Notes under the pieces: model-generated
The model's input: the letters and a program-made list of their open reading frames with translations, nothing else
Databases searched by the model: none
What the model was told of the DNA's origin: nothing
Source of the DNA: Eledone cirrhosa
Taxonomy: Eukaryota
Assembly (NCBI GenBank): GCA_964016885.1
Contig: OZ024741.1
Span: forward strand, 130,510,001 to 130,574,000
Direction: 5' to 3'
DNA: 64,000 nucleotides
Made by a program: the position numbers and the translations under genes
Shown here: in pieces, positions 29,901 through 47,900 of the stretch
Numbering within the stretch: the first letter of the stretch is position 1
Layout of the letters: each line of letters opens with the position of its first letter

Positions 29901-32900
29901 CACCATCACTACTACCAACACCATCACTACTACCAACACCATCACTACTACCAACACCATCACCATCACCACTACCATCAACATCACCACTACCATCACC
30001 ATCACTACTACCAACACCATCACCACTACCATCACCATCACTACTACCAACACCATCACTACTACCATCATCATCACCATCACTACTACCATCACCATCA
30101 CTACTACCATCACCATCACTACTACCAACACCATCACTACTACCCTCACAATCACTACTACCAACACCTTCACCACTCCCATCACCATCACTACTACCAA
30201 CATCATCACCATCACTACTACCATCACCATCACTACTACCAACACCTTCACTACTACCATCACCATCACTACTACCAACACCATCACCATCACTACTACC
30301 AACACCTTCACTACTACCATCACCATCACTACTACCAACACCATCACTACTGCCATCACCATCACTACTACCAACGCCATCACCATCACTACTACCAACA
30401 CCATCACTACTACCAACACCTTCACTACTACCATCACCATCACCATCACTACTACCATCACCATCACTACTACCATCAACATCACCATCACTACTACCAT
30501 CACCATCACTACTACCAACACCATCACCATCAGCACTACCATCAACATCACTACTACCAACACCATCACCATCACTACTACAATCACCATCACTACTACC
30601 ATCACCATCACTACTATCAACACCATCACCATCACTACTACCATCACCATCACTACTACCATCACCATCACTACTACCAACACCATCACCATCAGCACTA
30701 CCATCACCATCACTACTACCAACACCATCACCATCACTACTACAATCACCATCACTACTACCATCACCATCACTACTACCAACACCATCACCATCACTAC
30801 TACCATCACCATAACTACTACCATCACCATCACCACTACCATCACCATCACTACTACCAACACCATCACTACTACCAACACCATCACTACTACCAACACC
30901 ATCACCATCACCACTACCATCACCATCACCACTACCATCACCATCACTACTACCAACACCATCACTACTATCAACATCATCACTGCTACCAACACCATCA
31001 CCATCACCACTACCATCACCATCACTACTACCATCACCATCACTACTACCAATACCATCACTACCACCAATACCATCACTACTACCAACAACATCACTAC
31101 TACCATCACCATCACTACTACCATCACCATCACTACTACCATCACCATCACCACTACCATCACCATCACAACTACCATCACCATCACAACTACCATCACC
31201 ATCACTACTACCATCACCATCACTACTACCAACACCATCACTACTACCATCATCATCACCATCACTACTACCATCAACATCACTACTACCAACACCATCA
31301 CCATCACTACTACCATCACCATCACTACTACCAACACCATCACTACTACCATCACCATCAATACTACCAACACCATCACCACTACCATCACATTCACTAC
31401 TACCAACACCATCACTACTACCATCACCATCACTACTACCATCACCATCACTACTACCAACACCATCACCATCACTACTACCAACACCATCACTACTACC
31501 AACATCATCACTACTACCATCACCATCACCATCACTACTACCATCACCATCACTACTACCATCAACATCACCATCACTACTACCATCACCATCACTACTA
31601 CCAACACCATCACCATCAGCACTACCATCAACATCACTACTAACATCACCATCACCATCACTACTACCATCACCATCACTACTACCATCAACATCACCAT
31701 CACAACTACCATCACCATCACTACTACCAACACCATCACCATCAGCACTACCATTAACATCACTACTACCAACACCATCACCATCACTACTACCATCACC
31801 ATCAATACTACCAACACCTTCACTACTACCATCACCATCACTACTACCAACACCAACACCATCACTACTACCAATACCATCACTACCACCAATACCATCA
31901 CTACTACCAACAACATCACTACTACCATCACCATCACTACTACCATCACCATCACTAATACCATCACCATCACCACTACCATCACAACTACCATCACCAT
32001 CACAACTACCATCACCATCACTACTACCATCACCATCACTACTACCAACACCATCACTACTACCATCATCATCACCATCACTACTACCATCAACATCACT
32101 ACTACCAACACCATCACCATCACTACTACCATCACCATCAATACTACCAACACCTTCACTACTACCATCACCATCACTACTACCAACACCAACACCATCA
32201 CTACTACCAACACCATCACCATCACTACTACCAACACCTTCACTACTAAAATCACCATCACTACTACCAACACCATCACTACTACCATCACCATCACCAC
32301 TACCATCACCATCACTACTACCATCACCATCACCACTACAAACACCTTCACTACTACCATCACCATCACTACTACCAACACCATCACTACTACCATCACC
32401 ATCACCACTACCAACACCATCACTACTACCATCACCATCACTACTACCATCATCATCACCATCACTACTACCATCACCATCACTACTACCATCACCATCA
32501 CTACTACCAACACCATCACCATCAGCACTACCATCAACATCACTACTACCAACACCATCACCATCACTACAACAATCACCATCACTACTACCATCACCAT
32601 CACTACTACCAACACCAACACCATCACCATCACTACTACCATCACCATAACTACTACCATCACCATCACTACTACCAACACCATCACCATCAGCACTACC
32701 ATCAACATCACTACTACCAACACCATCACCATCACTACTACAATCACCATCACTACTACCATCACCATCACTACTACCAACACCATCACCATCAGCACTA
32801 CCATCAACATCACTACTACCAACACCATCACCATCACTACTACAATCACCATCACTACTACCATCACCATCACTACTACCAACACCAACACCATCACCAT

Positions 32901-35900
32901 CACTACTACCATCACCATCACTACTACCATCACCATCACTACTACCAACACCATCACCATCAGCACTACCATTAACATCACTACTACCAACACCATCACC
33001 ATCACTACTACCATCACCATAACTACTACCATCACCATCACCACTACCATCACCATCACTACTACCAAAACCATCACTACTACCAACACCATCACTACTA
33101 CCAACACCATCACCATCACCACTACCATCACCATCACCACTACCATCACCATCACTACTACCAACACCATCACTACTACCAACACCATCACTACTACCAA
33201 CACCATCACCATCACCACTACCATCACAATCACTACTACCAACAACATCACTACTACTAACACCATCACTACTACCAACACCATCACCATCACTACTACC
33301 AACACCATCACCACTACCATCACCATCACTACTACCAACACCATCACTACTACCATCATCATCACCATCACTACTACCATCACCATCACTACTACCATCA
33401 CCATCACTACTACCAACACCATCACCACTACCAACACCATCACTACTACCAACACCTTCACTACTACCATCACCATCACTACTACCATCACCATCACTAC
33501 TACCATCACCATCACCACTACCATCACCATCACTACTACCAACACCATCACCATCACTACTACCAACACCTTCACTACTACCATCACCATCACTACTACC
33601 AACACCATCACTACTACCATCATCATCACTACCATCATCATCACCAACACCATCACCATCACTACTGCCAACACCATCACTACTACCATCACCCATCACC
33701 ATCACTACTACCATCACCATCACCACTACCAACACCATCACTACTACCATCACCTTCACTACTACCATCACCACAACTACTACCAACACCAACACCATCA
33801 CTACTACCAACACCATCACCATCACTACTACCAACACCTTCACTACTACCATCACCATCACTACTACCAACACCATCACTACTACCATCACCATCACCAC
33901 TACCATCACCATCACTACTACCATCACCATCACCACTACCAACACCTTCACTACTACCATCACCATCACTACTACCAACACCATCACTACTACCATCACC
34001 ATCACCAGTACCAACACCATCACTACTACCATCACCATCACTACTACCATCATCATCACCATCACTACTACCATCACCATCACTACTACCATCACCATCA
34101 CTACTACCAACACCTTCACTACTACCATCACCATCACTACTACCAACACCATCACTACTACCATCACCATCACTACTACCATCACCATCACTACTACCAT
34201 CACCATCACCACTACCATCACCATCACCACTACCAACACCATCACTACTACCATCACCATCACCACTACCATCACCATCACTACTACCAACACCATCACC
34301 ATCACAACTACCAACACCATCACTACTACCATCACCATCACTAGTACCATCACCATCACTACTACGATCATCATCACTACTACCATCACCATCACTACTA
34401 CCAACACCTTCACTACTACCATCACCATCACTACTACCAACACCATCACCATCACCACTACCAACACCATCACTACTACCATCACCATCACTAGTACCAT
34501 CACCATCACTACTACCATCATCATCACTACTACCATCACCATCACTACTACCAACAACATCACCATCACCACTACCATCACCATCACTACTACCAACACC
34601 TTCACTACTACCATCACCATCACTACTACCAACACCTTCACCATCACTACTACCAACACCTTCACTACTACCATCACCATCACTACTACCAACACCATCA
34701 CCATCACTACTACCAACACCTTCACTACTACCATCACCATCACTACTACCATCACCATCACTACTACCATCACCATCACCACTACCATCACCATCACTAC
34801 TACCAACACCTTCACTACTACCATCACCATCACTACTACCATCACCATCACTACTAACATCACCATCACCACTACCATCACCATCACTACTACCAACACC
34901 TTCACTACTACCATCACCATCACCACTACCATCACCATCACTACTACCAACACCATCACCATCACTACTACCAACACCATCACTACTACCATCACCCATC
35001 ACCATCACTACTACCATCACCATCACCACTACCAACACCATCACTACTACCATCACCATCACTACTACCATCATCATCACTACTACCATCACCATCACTA
35101 CTACCAACACCATCACCATCACCACTACCATCACCATCACTACTACCATCATCATCACTACTACCAACAACATCACTAATACCAACACCATCACCATCAC
35201 CACTACCAACACCATCACCACTACCAACACCATCACTACTACCATCACCATCACCACTACAATCACCATCACTACTACCAACACCATCACCATCACCACT
35301 ACGATCACCATCACTACTACCATCATCATCACTACTACCAACAACATCACTACTACCATCACCATCACCATCACCACTACCAACACCATCACTACTACCA
35401 ACACCATCACTACTACCATCAGCATCACCATTACCAACACCATCACTACTACCAACACCATCACCATCACCACTACCAACACCATCACTACTACCAACAC
35501 CATCACTACTACCATCACCATCACCACTACCAACAACATCACTACTACCAACACCATCACCATCACCACTACCAACACCATCACTACTACCAACACCATC
35601 ACTACTACCATCACCACTACCAACAACATCACTACTACCAACACCATCACCATCACCACTACCATCACAATCACTACTACCATCACCATCACCATCACTA
35701 CTACCAACACCATCACTACTACCATCACCATCACTACTACCATCACCATCACTACTACCAATACCATCACCATCACTACTACAAATACCATCACTACTAC
35801 CAACACCATCACTACTACCATCACCATCACTACTACCATCACCATCACTACTACCATCACCATCACCATCACTACTACCAACACGTTCACTACTACCAAC

Positions 35901-38900
35901 ACCATCACTACTACCAACACCATCACTACTACCAACACCAACACTACTAACAACACCAACACTACTAACAACACCATCACTACTACCAACACCATCACTA
36001 CTACCATCAACATCACTACTACCAATACCATCACCATCACCACTACCGTCACCATCACTACTACCATCACCATCACTACTACCATCACCATCACTACTAC
36101 CATCAACATCACTACTACCAACACCATCACCATCACCACTACCATCACCATCACTACTACCATCACCATCACTACTACCATCACCATCACTACTACCAAT
36201 ACCATCACTACTACCAACAACATCACTACTACCATCACCATCACTACTACCATCACCATCACTACTACCATCACCATCACCACTACCATCACCATCACTA
36301 CTACCAACACCATCACTACTACCATCACCATCACTACTACCAACATCATCACTACTACCATCACCATCACTACTACCATCACCATCACTACTACCGTCAC
36401 CATCACTACTACCAACACCATCACTACTACCAACACCATCACTACTACCATCACCATCACTACTACCAACACCATCACTACTACCAACACCATCACTACT
36501 ACCAACACCATCACCATCACTACTACCATCACCATCACTACTACAAACACCATCACTACTACCAACACCATCACTACTACCAACACCATCACCATCACTA
36601 CTACCATCACCATCACTACTACCATCACCATCACTACTACCATAACCATCACTACTACCAACACCATCACTACTACCAACAACATCACCATCACTACTAC
36701 CATCACCATCACTACTACCATCAACATCACTACTACCATAACCATCACTACTACCATCACCATCACTACTACCAACACCATCATCATCACTACTGCCAAC
36801 ATCATCACTACTACCAAAAACCTTCGCTACTACCAACACCATCACTACTACCATCACCATCACTACTACCAACACCATCACTACTACCAACACCATCACC
36901 ATCACTACTACCAACATCATCACTACTACCATCACCTTCACTACTACCAACACCATCACCATCACCACTACCATCACCATCACTACTACCAACACCATCA
37001 CCATCACTACTACCATCACCATCACTACTACCAGCACCATCACTACTACCAACACCATCACCATCACTACTACCAACACCATCACCACTACCAACACCAT
37101 CACCATCACTACTACCATCACCATCACCACTACCATCACCATCACTACTACCAACACCTTCACTACTACCATCACCATCACCACTACCATCACCATCACT
37201 ACTACCAACATCATCACTACTACCATCACCTTCACTACTACCAACACCATCACCATCACCACTACCATCACCATCACTACTACCAACACCATCACCATCA
37301 CTACTACCATCACCATCACTACTACCAGCACCATCACTACTACCAACACCATCACCATCACTACTACCAACACCATCACCACTACCAACACCATCACCAT
37401 CACTACTACCATCACCATCACCACTACCATCACCATCACTACTACCAACACCTTCACTACTACCATCACCATCACTACTACCAACACCATCACCATCACT
37501 ACTACCAACACCTTCACTACTACCATCACCATCACTACTACCAACACCATAACTACTACCATCATCATCACTACCATCATCATCACCAACACCTTCACCA
37601 TCACTACTACCAACACCATCACTACTACCATCACCCATCACCATCACTACTACCATCACCATCACTACTACCAACACCAACACCATCACCATCACTACTA
37701 CCATCACCATAACTACTACCATCACCATCACTACTACCAACACCATCACCATCAGCACTACCATCAACATCACTACTACCAACACCATCACCATCACTAC
37801 TACAATCACCATCACTACTACCATCACCATCACTACTACCAACACCATCACCATCAGCACTACCATCAACATCACTACTACCAACACCATCACCATCACT
37901 ACTACAATCACCATCACTACTACCATCACCATCACTACTACCAACACCAACACCATCACCATCACTACTACCATCACCATCACTACTACCATCACCATCA
38001 CTACTACCAACACCATCACCATCAGCACTACCATCAACATCACTACTACCAACACCATCACCATCACTACTACCATCACCATAACTACTACCATCACCAT
38101 CACCACTACCATCACCATCACTACTACCAAAACCATCACTACTACCAACACCATCACTACTACCAACACCATCACCATCACCACTACCATCACCATCACC
38201 ACTACCATCACCATCACTACTACCAACACCATCACTACTACCAACACCATCACTACTACCAACACCATCACCATCACCACTACCATCACAATCACTACTA
38301 CCAACAACATCACTACTACTAACACCATCACCATCACTACTACCAACACCATCACCACTACCATCACCATCACTACTACCAACACCATCACTACTACCAT
38401 CATCATCACCATCACTACTACCATCACCATCACTACTACCATCACCATCACTACTACCAACACCATCACCACTACCAACACCATCACTACTACCAACACC
38501 TTCACTACTACCATCACCATCACTACTACCATCACCATCACTACTACCATCACCATCACCACTACCATCACCATCACTACTACCAACACCATCACCATCA
38601 CTACTACCAACACCTTCACTACTACCATCACCATCACTACTACCAACACCATCACTACTACCATCATCATCACTACCATCATCATCACCAACACCATCAC
38701 CATCACTACTGCCAACACCATCACTACTACCATCACCCATCACCATCACTACTACCATCACCATCACCACTACCAACACCATCACTACTACCATCACCTT
38801 CACTACTACCATCACCACAACTACTACCAACACCAACACCATCACTACTACCAACACCATCACCATCACTACTACCAACACCTTCACTACTACCATCACC

Positions 38901-41900
38901 ATCACTACTACCAACACCATCACTACTACCATCACCATCACCACTACCATCACCATCACTACTACCATCACCATCACCACTACCAACACCTTCACTACTA
39001 CCATCACCATCACTACTACCAACACCATCACTACTACCATCACCATCACCAGTACCAACACCATCACTACTACCATCACCATCACTACTACCATCATCAT
39101 CACCATCACTACTACCATCACCATCACTACTACCATCACCATCACTACTACCAACACCTTCACTACTACCATCACCATCACTACTACCAACACCATCACT
39201 ACTACCATCACCATCACTACTACCATCACCATCACTACTACCATCACCATCACCACTACCATCACCATCACCACTACCAACACCATCACTACTACCATCA
39301 CCATCACCACTACCATCACCATCACTACTACCAACACCATCACCATCACAACTACCAACACCATCACTACTACCATCACCATCACTAGTACCATCACCAT
39401 CACTACTACGATCATCATCACTACTACCATCACCATCACTACTACCAACACCTTCACTACTACCACCACCATCACTACTACCAACACCATCACCATCACC
39501 ACTACCAACACCATCACTACTACCATCACCATCACTAGTACCATCACCATCACTACTACCATCATCATCACTACTACCATCACCATCACTACTACCAACA
39601 ACATCACCATCACCACTACCATCACCATCACTACTACCAACACCTTCACTACTACCATCACCATCACTACTACCAACACCTTCACCATCACTACTACCAA
39701 CACCTTCACTACTACCATCACCATCACTACTACCAACACCATCACCATCACTACTACCAACACCTTCACTACTACCATCACCATCACTACTACCATCACC
39801 ATCACTACTACCATCACCATCACCACTACCATCACCATCACTACTACCAACACCTTCACTACTACCATCACCATCACTACTACCATCACCATCACTACTA
39901 ACATCACCATCACCACTACCATCACCATCACTACTACCAACACCTTCACTACTACCATCACCATCACCACTACCATCACCATCACTACTACCAACACCAT
40001 CACCATCACTACTACCAACACCATCACTACTACCATCACCCATCACCATCACTACTACCATCACCATCACCACTACCAACACCATCACTACTACCATCAC
40101 CATCACTACTACCATCATCATCACTACTACCATCACCATCACTACTACCAACACCATCACCATCACCACTACCATCACCATCACTACTACCATCATCATC
40201 ACTACTACCAACAACATCACTAATACCAACACCATCACCATCACCACTACCAACACCATCACCACTACCAACACCATCACTACTACCATCACCATCACCA
40301 CTACAATCACCATCACTACTACCAACACCATCACCATCACCACTACGATCACCATCACTACTACCATCATCATCACTACTACCAACAACATCACTACTAC
40401 CATCACCATCACCATCACCACTACCAACACCATCACTACTACCAACACCATCACTACTACCATCAGCATCACCATTACCAACACCATCACTACTACCAAC
40501 ACCATCACCATCACCACTACCAACACCATCACTACTACCAACACCATCACTACTACCATCACCATCACCACTACCAACAACATCACTACTACCAACACCA
40601 TCACCATCACCACTACCAACACCATCACTACTACCAACACCATCACTACTACCATCACCACTACCAACAACATCACTACTACCAACACCATCACCATCAC
40701 CACTACCATCACAATCACTACTACCATCACCATCACCATCACTACTACCAACACCATCACTACTACCATCACCATCACTACTACCATCACCATCACTACT
40801 ACCAATACCATCACCATCACTACTACAAATACCATCACTACTACCAACACCATCACTACTACCATCACCATCACTACTACCATCACCATCACTACTACCA
40901 TCACCATCACCATCACTACTACCAACACGTTCACTACTACCAACACCATCACTACTACCAACACCAACACTACTAACAACACCAACACTACTAACAACAC
41001 CATCACTACTACCAACACCATCACTACTACCATCAACATCACTACTACCAATACCATCACCATCACCACTACCGTCACCATCACTACTACCATCACCATC
41101 ACTACTACCATCACCATCACTACTACCATCAACATCACTACTACCAACACCATCACCATCACCACTACCATCACCATCACTACTACCATCACCATCACTA
41201 CTACCATCACCATCACTACTACCAATACCATCACTACTACCAACAACATCACTACTACCATCACCATCACTACTACCATCACCATCACTACTACCATCAC
41301 CATCACCACTACCATCACCATCACTACTACCAACACCATCACTACTACCATCACCATCACTACTACCAACATCATCACTACTACCATCACCATCACTACT
41401 ACCATCACCATCACTACTACCGTCACCATCACTACTACCAACACCATCACTACTACCAACACCATCACTACTACCATCACCATCACTACTACCAACACCA
41501 TCACTACTACCAACACCATCACCATCACTACTACCATCACCATCACTACTACAAACACCATCACTACTACCAACACCATCACTACTACCAACACCATCAC
41601 CATCACTACTACCATCACCATCACTACTACCATCACCATCACTACTACCATAACCATCACTACTACCATCACCATCACTACTACCAACACCATCATCATC
41701 ACTACTGCCAACATCATCACTACTACCAAAAACCTTCGCTACTACCATCACCATCACTACTACCATCACCATCACTACTACCAACACCATCACTACTACC
41801 AACAACATCACCATCACTACTACCATCACCATCACTACTACCATCAACATCACTACTACCATAACCATCACTACTACCATCACCATCACTACTACCAACA

Positions 41901-44900
41901 CCATCATCATCACTACTGCCAACATCATCACTACTACCAAAAACCTTCGCTACTACCAACACCATCACTACTACCATCACCATCACTACTACCAACACCA
42001 TCACTACTACCAACACCATCACCATCACTACTACCAACATCATCACTACTACCATCACCTTCACTACTACCAACACCATCACCATCACCACTACCATCAC
42101 CATCACTACTACCAACACCATCACCATCACTACTACCATCACCATCACTACTACCAGCACCATCACTACTACCAACACCATCACCATCACTACTACCAAC
42201 ACCATCACCACTACCAACACCATCACCATCACTACTACCATCACCATCACCACTACCATCACCATCACTACTACCAACACCTTCACTACTACCATCACCA
42301 TCACCACTACCATCACCATCACTACTACCAACACCATCACCATCACTACTACCAACACCTTCACTACTACCATCACCATCACTACTACCAACACCATAAC
42401 TACTACCATCATCATCACTACCATCATCATCACCAACACCATCACCATCACTACTACCAACACCATCACTACTACCATCACCCATCACCATCACTACTAC
42501 CATCACCATCACCACTACCAACACCATCACTACTACCATCACCTTCACTACTACCATCACCATCACTACTACCAACACCAACACCATCACTACTACCAAC
42601 ACCATCACCACTACCAACACCTTCACTACTACCATCACCATCACTACTACCATCATCATCACTACTACCAACACCTTCACTACTACCAACACCATCACTA
42701 CTACCAACACCTTCACTACTACCATCACCATCACTACTACCAACACCATCACTACTACCAACACCATCACTACTACCAACACCTTCACTACTACCATCAC
42801 CATCACTACTACCATCACCATCACTACTACCATCATCATCACTACTACCAACACCATCACTACTACCATCACCATCACTAGTACCATCACCATCACTACT
42901 ACCATCATCATCACTACTACCAACACCATCACTACTACCATCACCATCACTACTACCAACACCATCACCATCACCACTACCAACACCATCACTACTACCA
43001 TCACCATCACTAGTACCATCACCATCACTACTACCATCATCATCACTACTACCATCACCATCACTACTACCAACAACATCACCATCACCACTACCATCAC
43101 CATCACTACTACCAACACCTTCACTACTACCATCACCATCACTACTACCAACACCATCAGCATCACTACTACCAACACCTTCACTACTACCATCACCATC
43201 ACTACTACCATCACCATCACTACTACCATCACCATCACCACTACCATCACCATCACTACTACCAACACCTTCACTACTACCATCACCATCACTACTACCA
43301 TCACCATCACTACTACCATCACCATCACCACTACCATCACCATCACTACTACCAACACCTTCACTACTACCATCACCATCACCACTACCATCACCATCAC
43401 TACTACCAACACCATCACCATCACTACTACCAACACCTTCACTACTACCATCACCATCACTACTACCAACACCATAACTACTACCATCATCATCACTACC
43501 ATCATCATCACCAACACCATCACCATCACTACTTCCAACACCATCACTACTACCATCACCCATCACCATCACTACTACCATCACCATCACCACTACCAAC
43601 ACCATCACTACTACCATCACCATCACTACTACCATCATCATCACTACTACCATCACCATCACTACTACCAACACCATCACCATCACCACTACCATCACCA
43701 TCACTACTACCATCATCATCACTACTACCAACAACATCACTAATACCAACACCATCACCATCACCACTACCAACACCATCACTACTACCATGACCATCAC
43801 CACTACCATCACCATCACTACTACCAACACCATCACCATCACCACTACGATCACCATCACTACTACCATCATCATCACCACTACCATCACCATCACCACT
43901 ACCAACACCATCACCATCACCACTACCAACACCATCACTACTACCAACACCATCACTACTACCATCAGCATCACCATTACCAACACCATCACTACTACCA
44001 ACACCATCACCATCACCACTACCAACACCATCACTACTACCAACACCATCACTACTACCATCACCATCACCACTACCAACAACATCACTACTACCAACAC
44101 CATCACCATCACCACTACCAACACCATCACTACTACCAACACCATCACTACTACCATCACCATCACCACTACCAACAACATCACTACTACCAACACCATC
44201 ACCATCACCACTACCATCACAATCACTACTACCATCACCATCACCATCACTACTACCAACACCATCACTACTACCATCACCATCACTACTACCAATACCA
44301 TCACCATCACCACTACCGTCACCATCACTACTACCATCACCATCACTACTACCATCACCATCACTACTACCATCAACATCACTACTACCAACACCATCAC
44401 CATCACCACGACCATCACCATCACTACTACCATCACCATCACTACTACCAATACCATCACTACTACCAACAACATCACTACTACCATCACCATCACTACT
44501 ACCATCACCATCACTACTACCATCACCATCACCACTAACATCACCATCACTACTACCAACACCATCACTACTACCATCACCATCACTACTACCAACATCA
44601 TCACTACTACCATCACCATCACTACTACCATCACCATCACTACTACCGTCACCATCACTACTACCAACACCATCACTACTACCAACACCATCACTACTAC
44701 CAACACCATCACCATCACTACTACCATCACCATCACTACTACAAACACCATCACTACTACCAACACCATCACTACTACCAACACCATCACCATCACTACT
44801 ACCATCACCATCACTACTACCATCACCATCACTACTACCATAACCATCACTACTACCATCACCATCACTACTACCAACACCATCATCATCACTACTGCCA

Positions 44901-47900
44901 ACATCATCACTACTACCAAAAACCTTCGCTACTACCATCACCATCACTACTACCATCACCATCACTACTACCAACACCATCACTACTACCAACACCATCA
45001 CCATCACTACTACCATCACCATCACTACTACCATCACCATCACTACTACCAACACCATCACCATCACTACTACCAACATCATCACTACTACCATCACCAT
45101 CACTACTACCATCACCATCACTACTACCAACACCATCACTACTACCAACACCATCACCATCACTACTACCATCACCATCACTACTACCATCACCATCACT
45201 ACTACCAACACCATCACCATCACTACTACCAACACCATCACTACTACCAACACCATCACCATCACTACTATCATAACCATAACTACTACCATCACCATCA
45301 CTACTACCAACACCATCATCATCACTACTGCCAACACCATCTCTACTACCAACATCATCACTACTACCATCACCATCACTACTACCAGCACCATCACTAC
45401 TACCATCACCATCACTACTACCAACACCATCACTACTACCAACACCATCACTACTACCAACACCATCACTACTACCATCACCATCACTACTACCATAACC
45501 ATCACTACTACCATCACCATCACTACTACCAACACCATCACTACTACCATCACCATCACTACTACCAACACCATCACTACTACCAACACCATCAGCACTA
45601 CCAACACTATCACTACTACCAACACCATCAGCACTACCAACACCATCACTACTACCATCACCATCACTACTACCAACACCATCACTACTACCATCACCAT
45701 CACTACTACCAACACCATCACTACTACCATCACAATCACTACTACCAACACCATCACTACTACCAACACCATCACTACTACCATCACCATCACCATCACA
45801 ATTACCAACACCACCACTACTACCAACACCATCACCATCACTATTACCAAGACCATCACAACTACCATCACAATCACTACTACCAACACCATCACTACTA
45901 CCAACACCATCACCACTACCATCACCATCACTACTACCAACACCATCACCATCACTACTATCAACACCATCACTACTACCAACACCATCACCACTACCAA
46001 CACCATCCCCGTCACTACTACCAACACCATCACTACTACCATCACCATCACTACAACCAACACCATCACTACTAACATCACCATCACTACTACCATCACC
46101 ATCACTACTACCATCACCATCACTACAACCAACACCATCACTAGAACCATCACCATCACTACAACCAACACCATCACCATCACTACTATCAACACCATCA
46201 CTACTACCAACACCATCACCATCACTACTACCAACACCATCACTACTACCATCACCATCACTACTACCATCACCATCACTACAACCAACACCATCACTAC
46301 TAACAACACCATCAGTAGAACCATCACCATCACTACAACCAACACCATCACCATCACTACTACCAACACCATCACTACTACCAACACCATCACCATCACT
46401 ACTATCAACACCATCACTACTAACAACACCATCACCATCACTACTACCAACACCATCACTACTAACAACACCATCACTACTACCATCACCATCACTACAA
46501 CCAACACCATCACTAGTACCAACACCATCACTACTACCAACACCATCACTACTACCAACACCATCACCATCACTACTACCAACAACATCACTACTACCAT
46601 CACCATCACTACTACCATCACCATCAATACTACCATCACCATCACTACTACCAACACCATCACTACAACCAACACCATCACCATCACTACTACCAACAAC
46701 ATCACTACTACCATCACCATCACTACTACCATCACCATCACTACTACCATCACCATCACTACTACCAACACCATCACTACAACCAACACCATCACCATCA
46801 CTACTATCAACACCATCACTACTACCAACACCATCACTATCACTACTACCATCACAATCACTACTACTATCACCATCACCACTCCATCACCATCACTACT
46901 ACCAACACCATCACTACTACCAACACCATCACTACTACCAACACCATCACTACTACCAACACCATCACCATCACTACTACCAACAACATCACTACTACCA
47001 TCACCATCACGACTACCATCACCATCACTACTACCATCACCATCACTACTACCAACACCATCACTACAACCAACACCATCACCATCACTACTATCAACAC
47101 CATCACTACTACCAACACCATCACCATCACTACTACCAACACCATCACTACTACCATCACCATCACTACTACAATCACCATCACTACTACTAACACCATC
47201 ACCACTACCAACACCATCACCATCACTACTACCATCACCATCACTAATACCAACACCATCACCATCACTACTACCTACACCATCGCGACTACCATCACAA
47301 TCACTACTACCAACACCATCTCCACTACCATCACCATCACTACTATCATCACCATCAATACTACAAACACCATCACTACTACCATCACCATCACTACTAC
47401 CAACACCATCACTACTACCATCACCATCACTACTACCATCACCATCACTACTACCATCACCATCACTACTACCAACACCATCACTACTACCATCACCATC
47501 ACTACTACCATCACCATCACTACTACCAACACCATCACTACTACCATCACCATCACTACTACCATCACCATCACTACTACCATCACCATCACCATCACTA
47601 CTACCATCACCATCACAACTACCAACACCATCATTACTACCAACACCATCACCATCACTACTACCGTCACCATCACTACTACCAACACCATCACAACTAC
47701 CAACACCATCCCCGTCACTACTACCAGCACCATCACCATCACTACTACATACACCATCACTACTACCATCACAATCACTACTACCAACACCATCACCACT
47801 ACCATCACCATCACTACTACCAACACCATCACCATCACTACTACATACACCATCACTACTACCATCACAATCACTACTACCAACACCATCACCACTACCA

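Noticed and set aside
19513-34995. 5160-aa minus-strand ORF and related GDGSS/VVM ORFs as a DSPP-like or membrane protein gene
   Set aside because: Stops are nearly impossible in these frames because of the fixed base. The ORFs switch between VVM and GDG registers at indels, have no non-repetitive domain or credible start, and the frameshifts are duplicated.
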